From: Octopus sinensis
Lineage: Eukaryota
Direction: 5' to 3'
DNA length: 64,000 nucleotides
Assembly (NCBI RefSeq): GCF_006345805.1
Contig: NC_043005.1
Coordinates: 45,818,001 to 45,882,000, forward strand
Shown: positions 1 through 12,424 of the stretch, piece by piece
Layout: the number at the start of each line of letters is the position of its first letter
Numbering within the stretch: the stretch's first letter is position 1
Translations under genes and position numbers: made by a program
Notes under the pieces: generated by a model
Databases searched by the model: none
Seen by the model: only the letters and a program-made list of their open reading frames with translations
What the model was told of the DNA's origin: nothing

Positions 1-1455
1 TAAATTAACATGGAATGTTGGGGAAAGGTTTTGAATTACTTTAAACGGTAAGTTTATATCATAGAACCAGAGTTCTCCATTCTCAGGATGATCCTAAGCA
101 CACCAAATACAACCGGTCTCATTGCAAGTTCACATCAAGTAACTAAGGAGTGCTTATGCACAAAGGACAGACTGAAATTAGCTATGTATTAGAGTCCTTG
201 AGGTTTAGTGCTACCAGAGACCAAACAGACTTGGTCAGCCCAATATTCCATTTAATGTTTCTGTCTGTTATATTTATGTGGCTATTTTGGATGAACATGT
301 TCATTGTGTACTTAGGTGATAGAAATATAGTGTTAAAATATTTTTTCATTACCTTTATTTAAGAAACAAATGAAATAGTCTAGCCAGACCTTGGGATTAA
401 ACGTGCTGAAAAATTATAACCTTATTGTGCTTCTCACTTCCAAATATCAGTTTACATTTTATATTCTTCCTACTACTCATCTTTTTTTCCTTATTCATTT
501 ATTCATGCCCCTACTTATTCATATTCTCTCAATCTATCATTTGATACATGTTTGTTACAACCCATCACCATTTATTATTTATTAGCATTTGTTATAAGCC
601 ATTGTATCGAGCTATTAACTTCCCTATACATAGATATTCAGATGACTTCTTTTCAATTTTTCCAGGCCATTTTCACTACATGATTGTCTCTGTCTTTGTG
701 TTCAAAGCCTTATTGTTCTATGACTCGTTTATTCTGTGGTAATGTTTAGAGATAGTCACCTCTGTTTTTGTGGTTAATATTCCTTAAATTATGTTCCTTA
801 AAAGCATGTCTAGTTACTCCAAATTGTTTGCAGTCCTCATACTTTCAAACTCCAAAGAAAAAAATAAGTTCTCTCGTTATTGGTGACTTTCTGCTGAGTT
901 TAGTCTTCTGAGTCTCACTACAGCTCTTTGATATGTTGGTTGCATTATTCATTATTAAGAATAGTATGTTGGCAGATTTGATAGTATAATGGACAAAATA
1001 CCTTGCTATATTTAGTTACATCTGTTTATGCAAAGTTAGAAACCCTGTTATTTCATGAATAATTTGGTAAAACTTTTCATTCTAATTAATATTTTCATCT
1101 TTCATTGTCTTTTAACAATAAATATTTTGTTATAATATATACATGATAAATTGTCTGTGCCATTTAACTGATTAATTTGTCAATTGTTTGTTTTCAGATA
1201 AGAAACAACTCATCTTTTGTATCTTACTTTTTTCAGTCATTGAACTGTGACCATGCTGGGTTACAGTTTTGTGGGGCTTTAGTTGAACAAATCAAACCCT
1301 AGTACTTAGTTTTTAAAGAGTGGTACTTATTCTCTCGCTCTCTTTTGCTGAAGCATTAAATCACAAGGACCTAAAACTACACAGGTGGTCAAGTGAACAA
1401 ACAAAGACATACATGCATACATGTGTGTGTGTAATTGTGTATATGTATCTATATT

Positions 1456-2265
<810 letters not shown>

Positions 2266-2449
2266 GATTGGCCTCTACACAGTTTCCATCTATGAAATTC
2301 ACTCACTTGGTATTCGTCAGCCTAATGCTGTAGTAAAAGACACTTGTCTAAGTATATCTACAAGGGGCTTACACACACACACACACACATACATATATAT
2401 GAGAGAGAGAGAGAAATAGATATGCATGCATACATACACATGTGTGTAT

Positions 2450-2513
<64 letters not shown>

Positions 2514-2897
2514 ATCAGCTTCTACACAGTTTCCATCTGCCACATTCACTCATAAAGCATTGGTCATTGGTCGGCCTAAGGCTATAGTAAAAGACACCTG
2601 CTCAAGGTGCTGCACAGTGGGACTGAACCTGAAACCAAATGGTAGCAAAGCGTACTTCTTAACCAGTGCAGACATGCATTCTTCTGGTTTTTTTTTTTTA
2701 CACATCCTCTTTTTACTAAATGTTTCTTTTCTTTATTCCTCACAGCTCCATTTACATATAATTATTTCCTAGTTATGCTAACTACCTTCTTTGTTTCTTT
2801 ATTTTGAGCTGGTTTATATTGATTTATTTTTTATTTTATATTAAGAAATTATTATTCTACATCATTATTATGTTTTTTACTTTCTTTATTTCTTCAG

Positions 2898-2969
2898 TAA
2901 ATATTGGTGTAATTCTATTGCAAGCTCTATTGGAATATTGGCCTCGAACACATTTTGATGATGGTCAAG
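2898..2969 (+). CDS. WDR48: WDR48/UAF1 internal coding exon (first in window)
   Basis: tcttcag acceptor, G|GTAAGT donor; encodes NIGVILLQALLEYWPRTHFDDGQ, matching the LLQALLEYWPRTH motif of the WDR48 C-terminal region. Confidence 0.95.
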
Positions 2970-3087
2970 GTAAGTCATTGGAATGCTTTCTTGCTTGATG
3001 GGGGCTGGGGTCATCCCAGGTTAGTGGTCCCAGAGATGGTGACATCTCTGGGACCAACCAGGTCCACTAGTGCTCTCTAAAATCTCA

Positions 3088-4342
3088 AGTTAGCAAGAAA
3101 GTAATTTCGCTTTTCATAAATAGATAGAGTTACAATTTTTTTTTTAATGACTTTTGCCAGTGTTATGATTTTTTTCCTTTTGACATTTTATAGCTGGTTC
3201 TTTTAGTTTACTTTAGAAGCAAATTGCTTGTAATTTTGTTTACAGCTGTTAGTTCAGTGTCAATTTTAACATGGAGTGCAAAAGTGAACGTTTTCATCAT
3301 ATTTTGCATTTTTATTTTCGTAAAGGCAAGAAAGCTGTTGAGGCTCACAAAGAGTTATATGAAGTTTATGGTGTTGATTGCTTAACAGAATGCACATGTC
3401 AGAAATGGTTTGAAAAATTCTGTTCTGGAGATTTTTCACTCAAAGATGACCAGTATTCTAGTTGACCAAATCAAAGCCATAATTGAATCTGATTGTCATA
3501 TAACTGTGGGAGAGATTGCAGAGAGGTTTAATATATCACCCACAACAACTGAAAATCACTTAAAATGTCTTGGACTCGTTAAGAAGCTCAATATTTGGGT
3601 TCCACATAAATTGAAAGGGAATCAATATTTGCAGTATGCTTCTCAAATGCAATGAAATCGATTTTTTTTTTTTAACGAATCATCACTGGTCATGAAAAAT
3701 GGATAGTCTATAATAACGTCAATCGAAGATGATCATGATCCAAGCATAATGAACCAGCACAAACCACATAGAAAGCTGGATTGCATAAGAAAAAAAAGGT
3801 CATGCTATCAATTTGATGGGATTACAAAGGTGTTGTGTATTTTGAGCTGCTTCCAAGGAACCAAATGATCAATTCAGATGTTTACTGTCAACAACTAATA
3901 AAACTGGTGGAAGCAATCAAAGAACAACAGCCAGAATTGGTAAATCGTAACAGAATCATGTTCCATCATGATAATGCTAGACCACACATGTCTTTGCTAA
4001 CTTGTGAAAAATTTTTGGAGCTTGGTTGGGAAGTGATGTCACATCTACCATATAGCCCTGACCTTGCACCATAAGATTACCATTTATTTTGAAGTTAGCA
4101 AAATACTTTGAATGGTAAAACTTTCAATAATGATAATGACCTGAAATTGCACTTGCTTCAGTTTTTGGCTGATAAGGACCAGAAGTTCTATGAATGCAGA
4201 ATCATGAAATTGCTAGGAAGATGGCAGAAGGTCATCGAACAAAATGGAAAATGTATAATTGATTAAGGGCCATTTTTGTACGTAAAAGAATGACTTTTAT
4301 TTCATACTAAAAAGCCAAAATTACTTTCTTGCTAACTCAATA
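3088..4342 (+). mobile_element. Full-length inactive mariner (DD34D) transposon, mellifera-like
   Basis: Matching TIRs (agttagcaagaaagtaattt / aaattactttcttgctaact); broken transposase with N-terminal HTH, WVPHKL, HHDNARPH and YSPDLAP motifs; stops and frameshifts. Confidence 0.93.
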
Positions 4343-4349
4343 TATATAC

Positions 4350-4412
<63 letters not shown>

Positions 4413-4759
4413 AGCATGTGTATGTTTGTGTGTCCTTGTCTTGACATCACTTCAGAATATAGGTGTAAATAAGTGCCACTGTCATACTAGCTGTGTCATT
4501 CATTTTCATTATTTTGTGAGAACATGTCTGGCCCTGGGAACATATATTACCTCGCTTGGAGACAAATGAGGGTTGGTGACAGGTAGGGCATACAGCCATC
4601 AAAAATCTGCTTCAATAAATTCCATCTGACTCATGCAAGCATGGAAAACTGGACATGAAAACAGTGATGATGATGATGATGATGATTGGTATGAAACTGA
4701 TTATTGATATTTCATTTTTGTGTGCTGTTAATAGATAATATTTTCTTTCTTCTTTCCAG

Positions 4760-4847
4760 AAATGGACATGAATGGCAGTGAATGTGTGGAGCGTCGGGGA
4801 ACTGGTCCATATTTTAGTGTACCAGGACATACTCCAGTTATATTTAG
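4760..4847 (+). CDS. WDR48: WDR48 coding exon
   Basis: ttccag acceptor, AG|GTAGTA donor; phase 1 in, phase 2 out; EMDMNGSECVERRGTGPYFSVPGHTPVIF (cf. YFQVPPHTPVIF). Not in the ORF track. Confidence 0.93.
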
Positions 4848-5892
4848 GTAGTATTTTTTATGCTGCATTCTGTTTGTAATATATTTTTGTCTGATAATGC
4901 ACTTGTTTACATGTAACACATTCGTTTTTCTTTTTCTTGTTTAAAACTTTTATATAGAGAAACAAAGTAAAATGGAATCCAGATATATGGTTACTTGTCG
5001 GTTCACATTACTGTATCAATTAGTCCTTTATCTGTGTATCGATTATTCTCATTGTTTGTGAATAGAAGCAGGGAATGACTAGAGAGGGAGAATAATTACA
5101 TAATCAGAAAGGCATAATGCTTGTAAAGTGTGGGAAGGGAATGGACTGTGATGAGAATTCTTTTCTCTTCATAAATAATACAGGAAATAAAAGCTATTGA
5201 TTTTATTGCTGAAAAGTGAATTGGTGCAATAATGAATGTAAGTAGAATCAATTGATTGGGTTTTTGATATTCATTAAGTAATCACTATTGGAGGTAGTGT
5301 AATAGAAATGATTCTTCTATCCTTCTCTTCCAATTATAAACTGTGCACTGGTTGATTCCAACTGGAGACTACCACAACAACGCTAAAGAGACTAGCAGCA
5401 TTAGGTCATCATCATCATCATCATATGTTCGTTTTCCATGCTGGCATGGGTTGAACTGTTTGAAAGAAGCTGGAAAAACCAGGAGCCTTACCAGGTTGTT
5501 TGGCTTGATTTCTATAGCTGTATGCCCTTCCTAATGCCAGCCACTTCACGGTGTACTGGGTGCTTTTTACATGGCACCAGCACCAATGCTTTACATGTAG
5601 CACCAACGCTAGTATTTTTTACTGGCACCAGCACCAGTGTGTTTTTTTTTTACATGAAACTAGGATCAAACAACTCCTTTACATGCAGGACCATGCCACA
5701 TTTTATTTGGCCCCTCTCAAAGATCTTGGCAATGAGGCTATATGAAAGGTTTAGAGGAAGGGATGACGCTATTGCAGATAGTGGGGAAACACCAGTCTGC
5801 TTGATGCAGAAGAATTTTAAGAATTACCTTTATCAGTGATGAATTATTATTGTGTTAATATTTATTTTCTACACCTTGTTGTTTTACTGTAG

Positions 5893-6007
5893 TGAGGCAG
5901 GTGGAAGGACCATGTTTCGTTTACTTTGCCGTGATGCTAGCGGAGAAACAGAGCAGCTATTACTAAACGAAACTATCCCACCATGGGTAGTTGACGTGGC
6001 AGTAAAT
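5893..6007 (+). CDS. WDR48: WDR48 coding exon
   Basis: ctgtag acceptor, GTAAGT donor; [39 protein letters not shown]. Confidence 0.95.
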
Positions 6008-7237
6008 GTAAGTATTAAAACCAGACTTCTTCCATTTCATGTCTCAGGCTTGCAGATCATGCCAAAAACCAGGGTGCACTTTGTAGAGAAGTGATATCAG
6101 TGAGACAAAATATCAGTTTAGTATATAACCTTGGGAACTGAGCTTTTTACCAGTTCTTAATGAAATACTCATCAATTTGATGTTATGAACCACCAATTCT
6201 TATTGTTTGGTTGCCTTCCGCTTTATTCAATTGGTCATCTTCCTTCACCTGATCATCATCATTTGATTTCCATTTTCCATGCTGGCATGGGTTAGACAGT
6301 TTGACAGCCCCCTCCTAATGCCAACCACCTCATTACAGTGTGTGCTGGATGCTTTTTCCCACACCACCAGTACTAGAGAGGTTGCCAAGTAACTTGCAAG
6401 GCAGAAAAAGAACAGGGGAAAAGGAAAAAAGTTCCCACTAATTAGTGGTGGAGTAAAGGAGGTAAAGACCCCTCAGTCATGAATGGCCTTGGGATTGCAC
6501 CTAGAAGGTTACCCTCCAAGGCACAAATCTTGGCAAGGTTGTTTATGGAAGTCCAACAGTTGCCTATGCATACCGGCCTCCCCTCTCCCTGCTACCAATG
6601 TTACTCAAGGGAAAGGCAAAGGCTGATACAACTTGGCACCAGTGACATCGCAACTCATTTCTACAGCTGAGTGAACTGGAACAACCTGAAATAAAGTGCC
6701 TTGCTCAAGAACACAACACCTGGCCCAGTCCAGAATCGATCTCACTACCTCGTGAGTGTGAGCCCAATACTCTAACCACTGAGCCATGTGTTTCCCCAGT
6801 GGTGGGGAGGCGTGTTTAAAACAGAGAGGTGGTTTTATGCCAGATATTAAAAGGTTAACATACCCACAGATGTCTTCCCATCCTTATATAATGTGGCTAC
6901 CCCACATTATATAGGGGTGGGAAAAAGAAGTTGAAAAAAAAGAGATAAAGGACATTAGAAAAGGGAAACTTCTGTTTACCTAATGTCTGTGTCTTCATGT
7001 TATTAGTTATTTATCAGTGATAGATTTACTACATGACTGTTAACTGAAGATAGTTTCAAATGACATCATTCAAAAGCTAAAACAATGCAAGTAAATGCAT
7101 TGTGACCAGTAAGGTGTAACAACATCTGATAGTCTTGTTGGTCAAGTGATATACATATATATAGTTTCATGCTTTACATGGCAAAAAAGCATTCTAACCA
7201 TGCTCTTTATACCAACCATGTCTATGTGTATCCGTGG

Positions 7238-7440
7238 AGGCATGTGGCTTAGTGGTTAGAGTGATGGATTCATGATCGTAAGATTGTGGTTTTGGTTCCT
7301 GGACTAGGTGACACATTGTGTTCTTGAGCCAAACACTTTATTTCCAGTTGCTCCAGTCCACTCAACTGGCAAAAATGAGTAATCTTGCGACAGACCAGTG
7401 TCCTGTCCAAGTGGGGAATATACACGCCATGAATATCAGG
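7238..7440 (+). mobile_element. tRNA-derived SINE
   Basis: Head ggaggcatgtggcttagtggttagagtg has an A-box-like and a degenerate B-box; a near-homologous copy lies at about 54548-54780. Confidence 0.7.
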
Positions 7441-8670
7441 ATATCAGCCCCTGTGAGTTTGTATGACTCGAGAAGGTCTCAGTGGGTGCGTATTTGTGAT
7501 TTAAGTTCTTTGTGAAGAGGATGTCCAGTTGGTAGTGAATGACCTGTACTAATAAGTATAACCCTTTGGTATTGAGATTTTGATGATGATTGTTTATTTT
7601 TAGAATAACATTGTCACATAGGTGTGAGAGGTTGGAACTGGCCGGTTTGTCAACAGGTAGAATACTTCTGCCTGGTAGACTAAAGGTTGAATGTGGAATA
7701 AGCTATTTTTAAGAAGTCAACCAAAGACAGAGGATAATGTCTATGACATTTGTAGCTTCTATTCCTTCATTAACAATTGCTAATCTTCAGATATTTATTA
7801 AAAGTAAAATGTGAGTTTCTCAATGGAATATATTATAATTGCTAGCCTAACCCAAATCAAATGGGTAAAGAATGGGAAGCAACATTGGATAAATAATTTC
7901 ATTATAGAAGCACAAATAATATATCTGTGTGTGTGTATAAATGTATGTTGATATATTTCACACACCCGCACACGTGATGCAATAGAATCCAAAGAGACTG
8001 GGGTTGGTCTGCATTGGCAAGGCTTAGGAAAAGAGTACAGTGTACTCACTATAAGGAGTGGAAAATCCAACATTCTAGACTCTTCAAGGAAATGTTGACA
8101 TGAGTAAATTTTCACTCAGTGAAATTCATCATGCTTTTTTGTCAATTTTATTTTACATATATATATATATACACCATCATCATTTAACGTCCGCTTTCCA
8201 TGCTGGCTTGGGTTAGACAGTTTGACTGTGGACTAGCAAACCGGGAGGCTGCACCAGGCTCCAATGTGATCTAGCAAGGTTTCTGCAGCTTGATCCCCTT
8301 TCCTAACACCAACCACTCTGAGAGTGCTTTTTACATGGCAGCAATGGCATGGGAGCCAGAGCTAGCATTGACACACTCAGGTGGCATTGGCATCGGCTGC
8401 GACTATGATTTCACTTGGCTCAACAGGTCCTCTCAAGCACAACACATTACCCAACAATTGAAGGGTACTTTTAAACAGGCCAGTTATGTGACAGTAGCAT
8501 CGGCCACAGCTATGATCTCACTTGGCTTGCCAAGTTTTCTCAAGCACAGCATATCTCCAAAGGTCTCAGTTCAAATAAACAATCAATTCATATAAACGTG
8601 TAAAAGTTAATGGACAACTAGAGGAGATGCAGAAGAAATGTGTTAGCTTGATGCTCAATGAAAAGAGTGA

Positions 8671-8705
8671 GTTTGACATTTCGAGCATAGCTCTTCATCG
8701 GAAAC
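8671..8705 (-). ncRNA. Minimal type I hammerhead ribozyme-like motif (variant core, probably a Penelope-like element remnant)
   Basis: Minus strand reads GTTT-CCGATGA-A-GAGC-TAT-GCTC-GAAA-TGTC-AAAC: stem I, core, stem II, GAAA and a GUC triplet. Confidence 0.5.
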
Positions 8706-8951
8706 AAGGGAGGACAAAGTCCAAAGAAGGAAAAGAAACCGCCAACAACATGTAATTTTAAACACACACACACATGAGCATAGGCTCAAAACATGAAAGG
8801 CTTCCATTTTTGCTGAGCATCAAATTGAAACATCTTGTTTGTTGTTCCCTCACTTGTCTCTTTTGTTCTCTGCTTTTTGTACAATTTCAAACCATGTGTG
8901 TGTGTGTGGAGAGAGAGAGGTAAATAGACAGATATATATATAAATATATGT

Positions 8952-9250
8952 GGAGGCACAATGGCCCAGTGGTTAGGGCAGCAGACTCGTGGTCATCGGA
9001 TCGCGGTTTCGATTCCCAGACCGGGCATTGTGAGTGTTTATTGAGCGAAAACACCTAAAACTCCACAAGGCTCTGGCAGGGGATGGTGGCAATCCCTGCT
9101 GTACTCTTTCGCCACAAATTTCTCTCACTCTGTCTTCTGTTGGCCTGCCCACTTAGCCAGCGAGGTGGCTTCATTTGAAGGCTAAAACAATGCAAAGCGC
9201 ATTGTGACCAGCGATGTGTAGCAACGTCTGATAGCCTAGTCGGTCACAGT
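8952..9250 (+). mobile_element. tRNA-derived SINE
   Basis: ggaggcacaatggcccagtggttagggcagcagactc...ggtttcgattccc (A/B boxes); related head at about 53770; ends at (TA)n. Confidence 0.75.
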
Positions 9251-9509
9251 GATCATGGTGGTATATATATATATATATATATATAAATCTCCTAAATGAC
9301 TTTACTGGGGAGGCTCAACAAGGAGACTCCTCTATAATTCCCTTTTTAAAAATTGGAATTATGGCACCATATTGTCTTGCTTTGGTGCCTTTTGGATCTA
9401 TGATAAGTTGGCTGATATCTGCAGGTGACATGGTGCTACTTGGCCCATCAGAAAGTTATCTCCAGTATATCCTAAATCGGTTTGCTGCTGAGTATTGTGC
9501 AAGGTAAGG

Positions 9510-10065
9510 ATGTGACCTAGTGTGGTGTAGACTGAGGCATTGGTCCTCTGAAGAAAGTCTTTCCTTATTCATTCTGCATGTTAGCGGAACATCACTGAGA
9601 CAAGTGGAGAAGTTCAAATATCTCAAGCATGTGTTCGTGAGTGATGGGATGCAGGAGGCTGAATTGGATGCTAGAATCGCTGGTGCTGGTACATGACTGC
9701 ATCAGCACCAGCAGTCAATGCTCAGAAGAGGAAAGGTTTATAAAAGAAAAAAAAAAGTTAAACTTGCTGTCTTTAATTCTTTAATGTTCAGGTTATTCTG
9801 TCAAATGTAATGCTTATTTAGTTACATTGGTTTGTATTAATCATTCATTATCTCATAGCTTCAATATTTTCATGATGTGATAGTTTTTTGGTTTTTTTTA
9901 TTTAGTTAGAAGATATTATAGGGTAGGTGTAAGAGGCTGGATCTGACCAGTTTAAACATAAAACAGAATATTTAGGCTGGATACGGCCGGTTTAAATGCT
10001 AAAAGATTAATTTGATTTTTATGCCTCTGCTCACCTATGGTCATGAATGTTTGGTAATGACTGAA
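9510..10065 (+). mobile_element. RTE-clade LINE RT fragment interrupted by a piggyBac-like MITE
   Basis: QVEKFKYLKHVFVSDG...ELDARI resumes after the insert as IFMPLLTYGHECLVMTER, typical RTE post-RT motifs. Confidence 0.65.
9773..10010. mobile_element. piggyBac-like MITE (TTAA-flanked), degenerate
   Basis: TTAA at both ends; homologous to the better preserved copy at 38293-38521. Confidence 0.6.
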
Positions 10066-10131
10066 AGAGAATGGTATTATTTCTTTCCTTTACTTTTTGT
10101 GATATGTTACATTTCTAATTCTCATTTACAG

Positions 10132-10208
10132 AGAGCATCTCCCAAATTCAATAAAATTCCATTTTTTCTCCAACCACATGCAAGTATGGGAATAAAATTA
10201 CCAAAAAA
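10132..10208 (+). CDS. WDR48: WDR48 coding exon
   Basis: tttacag acceptor, AA|GTAAG donor; RASPKFNKIPFFLQPHASMGIKLPK. Confidence 0.95.
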
Positions 10209-11966
10209 GTAAGCAACTTTTTCATTGATAATTTTTTTTCTTATGCCATCTGGGAAGCTTAACATTCTAGTTATGATTGTAATTTCTGGAGGTTATTAAA
10301 GTCGTCATTTACATCTCTGGGTTTTATATTTTCCGTTGGCCCAACCTTTGGCTATCTACCTTTGGTCTGTTCCTATGTACATAGATGCATGTACATTTAT
10401 TTATTTATTTTTCTGGCACCTGGAGTTTGTCACTGATCAGATTGCTTGAAATACATAGTGTTAAATTCATCACATGTTTACATGAAAGATTGTGAATGGA
10501 CATCACCATATCTATGACGGTGCCAGTTCTTTACAGTTAACACGCACAACTTCAAGGCAAAAAGACATGAACACACACACACACACACAATAAGTTTCTG
10601 TGAATTTTCATCTACCAAATCCACTTGCAAGGCCCAGAGTTAAGATGAAGACACTTACCCAAGGTACTGTGTTGTGGGACTGAACCTGAAACTACACAGT
10701 TGTGAAACAAACTTCTGAACCACACAGACTTGTCTGTGTTTATCTAGCTTGTAGTGTCTTTTCATCATCATAATTTAACATCTGTTTTCCATGGTGGCAT
10801 GGGTTGGACAGTTTGACAGGAGCTGACAAGCCAAGGGATTGCACCTACATCCAGTCTCTGTTTTTGCATGGTTTTTACAACTGGATGACCTTCCTAATGC
10901 CAACCTCTTTACAGAGTGGACTTGGTGCTGTTTATGTGGCACCAGCACTGGCAAAGTCTCTAATATTGTTAACAGTTTGTAATTGACTTAGTATCTCTGT
11001 TCTGTTCTTACTTCAGAGATTCCAGACACTTCAGTTATTATTAGTTACACCTCAACTCTATGTCTTCAACATTATGTTTGAATTTAAATTACGCTCACAT
11101 GTGAGTTTTCTGCATTAAATTTCTTGTGTTCTGCTGTTCCAATTTACAGCCATGCCATCTTAAAATAATGTTGGTTTTCGAGATTGGCATGTACTAAGAA
11201 CAATAGGACTGACGGAAACTAATCCAAAGCACTTGTCTTGTTTATACATCATGCTGTCTACACAAAAAGCAGCTGCTAAATTAAAACATTCACTACTGTG
11301 TATAAAAGTAGTAAAATAGAAAATACATTGATTAATGTAGCTCTAGATATATTGCATCTGAAAAAAAACCCCAAATGACCATGGCTGGAACACTTTTGAG
11401 TATACATCTGCTCAATCATGGCTGACCTTGGGTCAAACAACTGCATCAAGCTGAACACAAATGAATAGCTGAGAGTTAGTTATAAGCCATAGAATATATT
11501 CCTTTGCTCTTTTACTTGTTTCAGCCATTTAACTGTGGCCATGCTGAAACACTGCCTTGAAGGATTTTAGTTGAACAATTTGACCCCAGGGCTTATTGTT
11601 TTTTAAGCCTAGTACTTATTCTATCAGTCTCTTTTGCTGAATCACTAAATTACGGGTATGTAAATGCATCAACACCTGTTGGGCTTCTTTCAGTTTCCGT
11701 CAGCCAGAGCCACTCACAAGGCTTTGGTCGGTACAAGGCTATAGTAGAAGACACTTGCCCAAGGTGTCACGCAGTGTGACTGAACCCAGAACCATGTGGT
11801 TGGGAAGCAAGCTTCTTACCACACAGCCATGCCTATACCTATTTTTACTGAACCTTATGATTTCTGTTATTTGGAGCAGAGAGAAATAATTGTGTTACTG
11901 TATCCATCATCATCATCATTGTTATCATCTTCTCTAATAAATGAGTGGTTCTTTTGTACATTATAG

Positions 11967-12162
11967 AGACCGGTTGTCTGCCAGTGATGTGATTCAGGTT
12001 CGGAAGGTCATTGAACATGTGTACGAAAAGGTTCTTGGTCAGGGCTCAGATGCAGGTTCTCAAACAGCAAACAGCAATCATGAGAAAAGTGATGGAGAGA
12101 AAGATTCCGAAGACGTAACTTCTATTGCAGAGGAGAAAGTGGAAATTCTTTGTAATGATCAG
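11967..12162 (+). CDS. WDR48: WDR48 coding exon
   Basis: ttatag acceptor, CAG|GTAAGA donor; KDRLSASDVIQVRKVIEHVYEKVLG...EEKVEILCNDQ. Confidence 0.96.
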
Positions 12163-12331
12163 GTAAGAGAAATTACAGTTCAGCTAATTTGCGTTTCAGC
12201 CTTTTGTTTAATATTGCAATAAACAAGTGTTTGTTATGTTTTGCATTAAGAGATACAGTTTCTTAACAGGTGGGGGGGGGGGGGGAAACCCAAAAAAAAC
12301 CATCTGAAAATGTTCGAAACTTCTTTTGCAG

Positions 12332-12424
12332 ATTCTTGATCCCAACATGGATTTGCGGACAGTGAAGCATTTTATTTGGAAGCAAGGTGGAGACCTCATA
12401 TTACAGTATCGGCGTATAAAATGA
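12332..12424 (+). CDS. WDR48: WDR48 terminal coding exon
   Basis: ttgcag acceptor; [30 protein letters not shown] then TGA at 12422-12424; matches the conserved WDR48 C-terminus. Confidence 0.96.
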   Translation: MLDPNMDLRTVKHFIWKQGGDLILQYRRIK

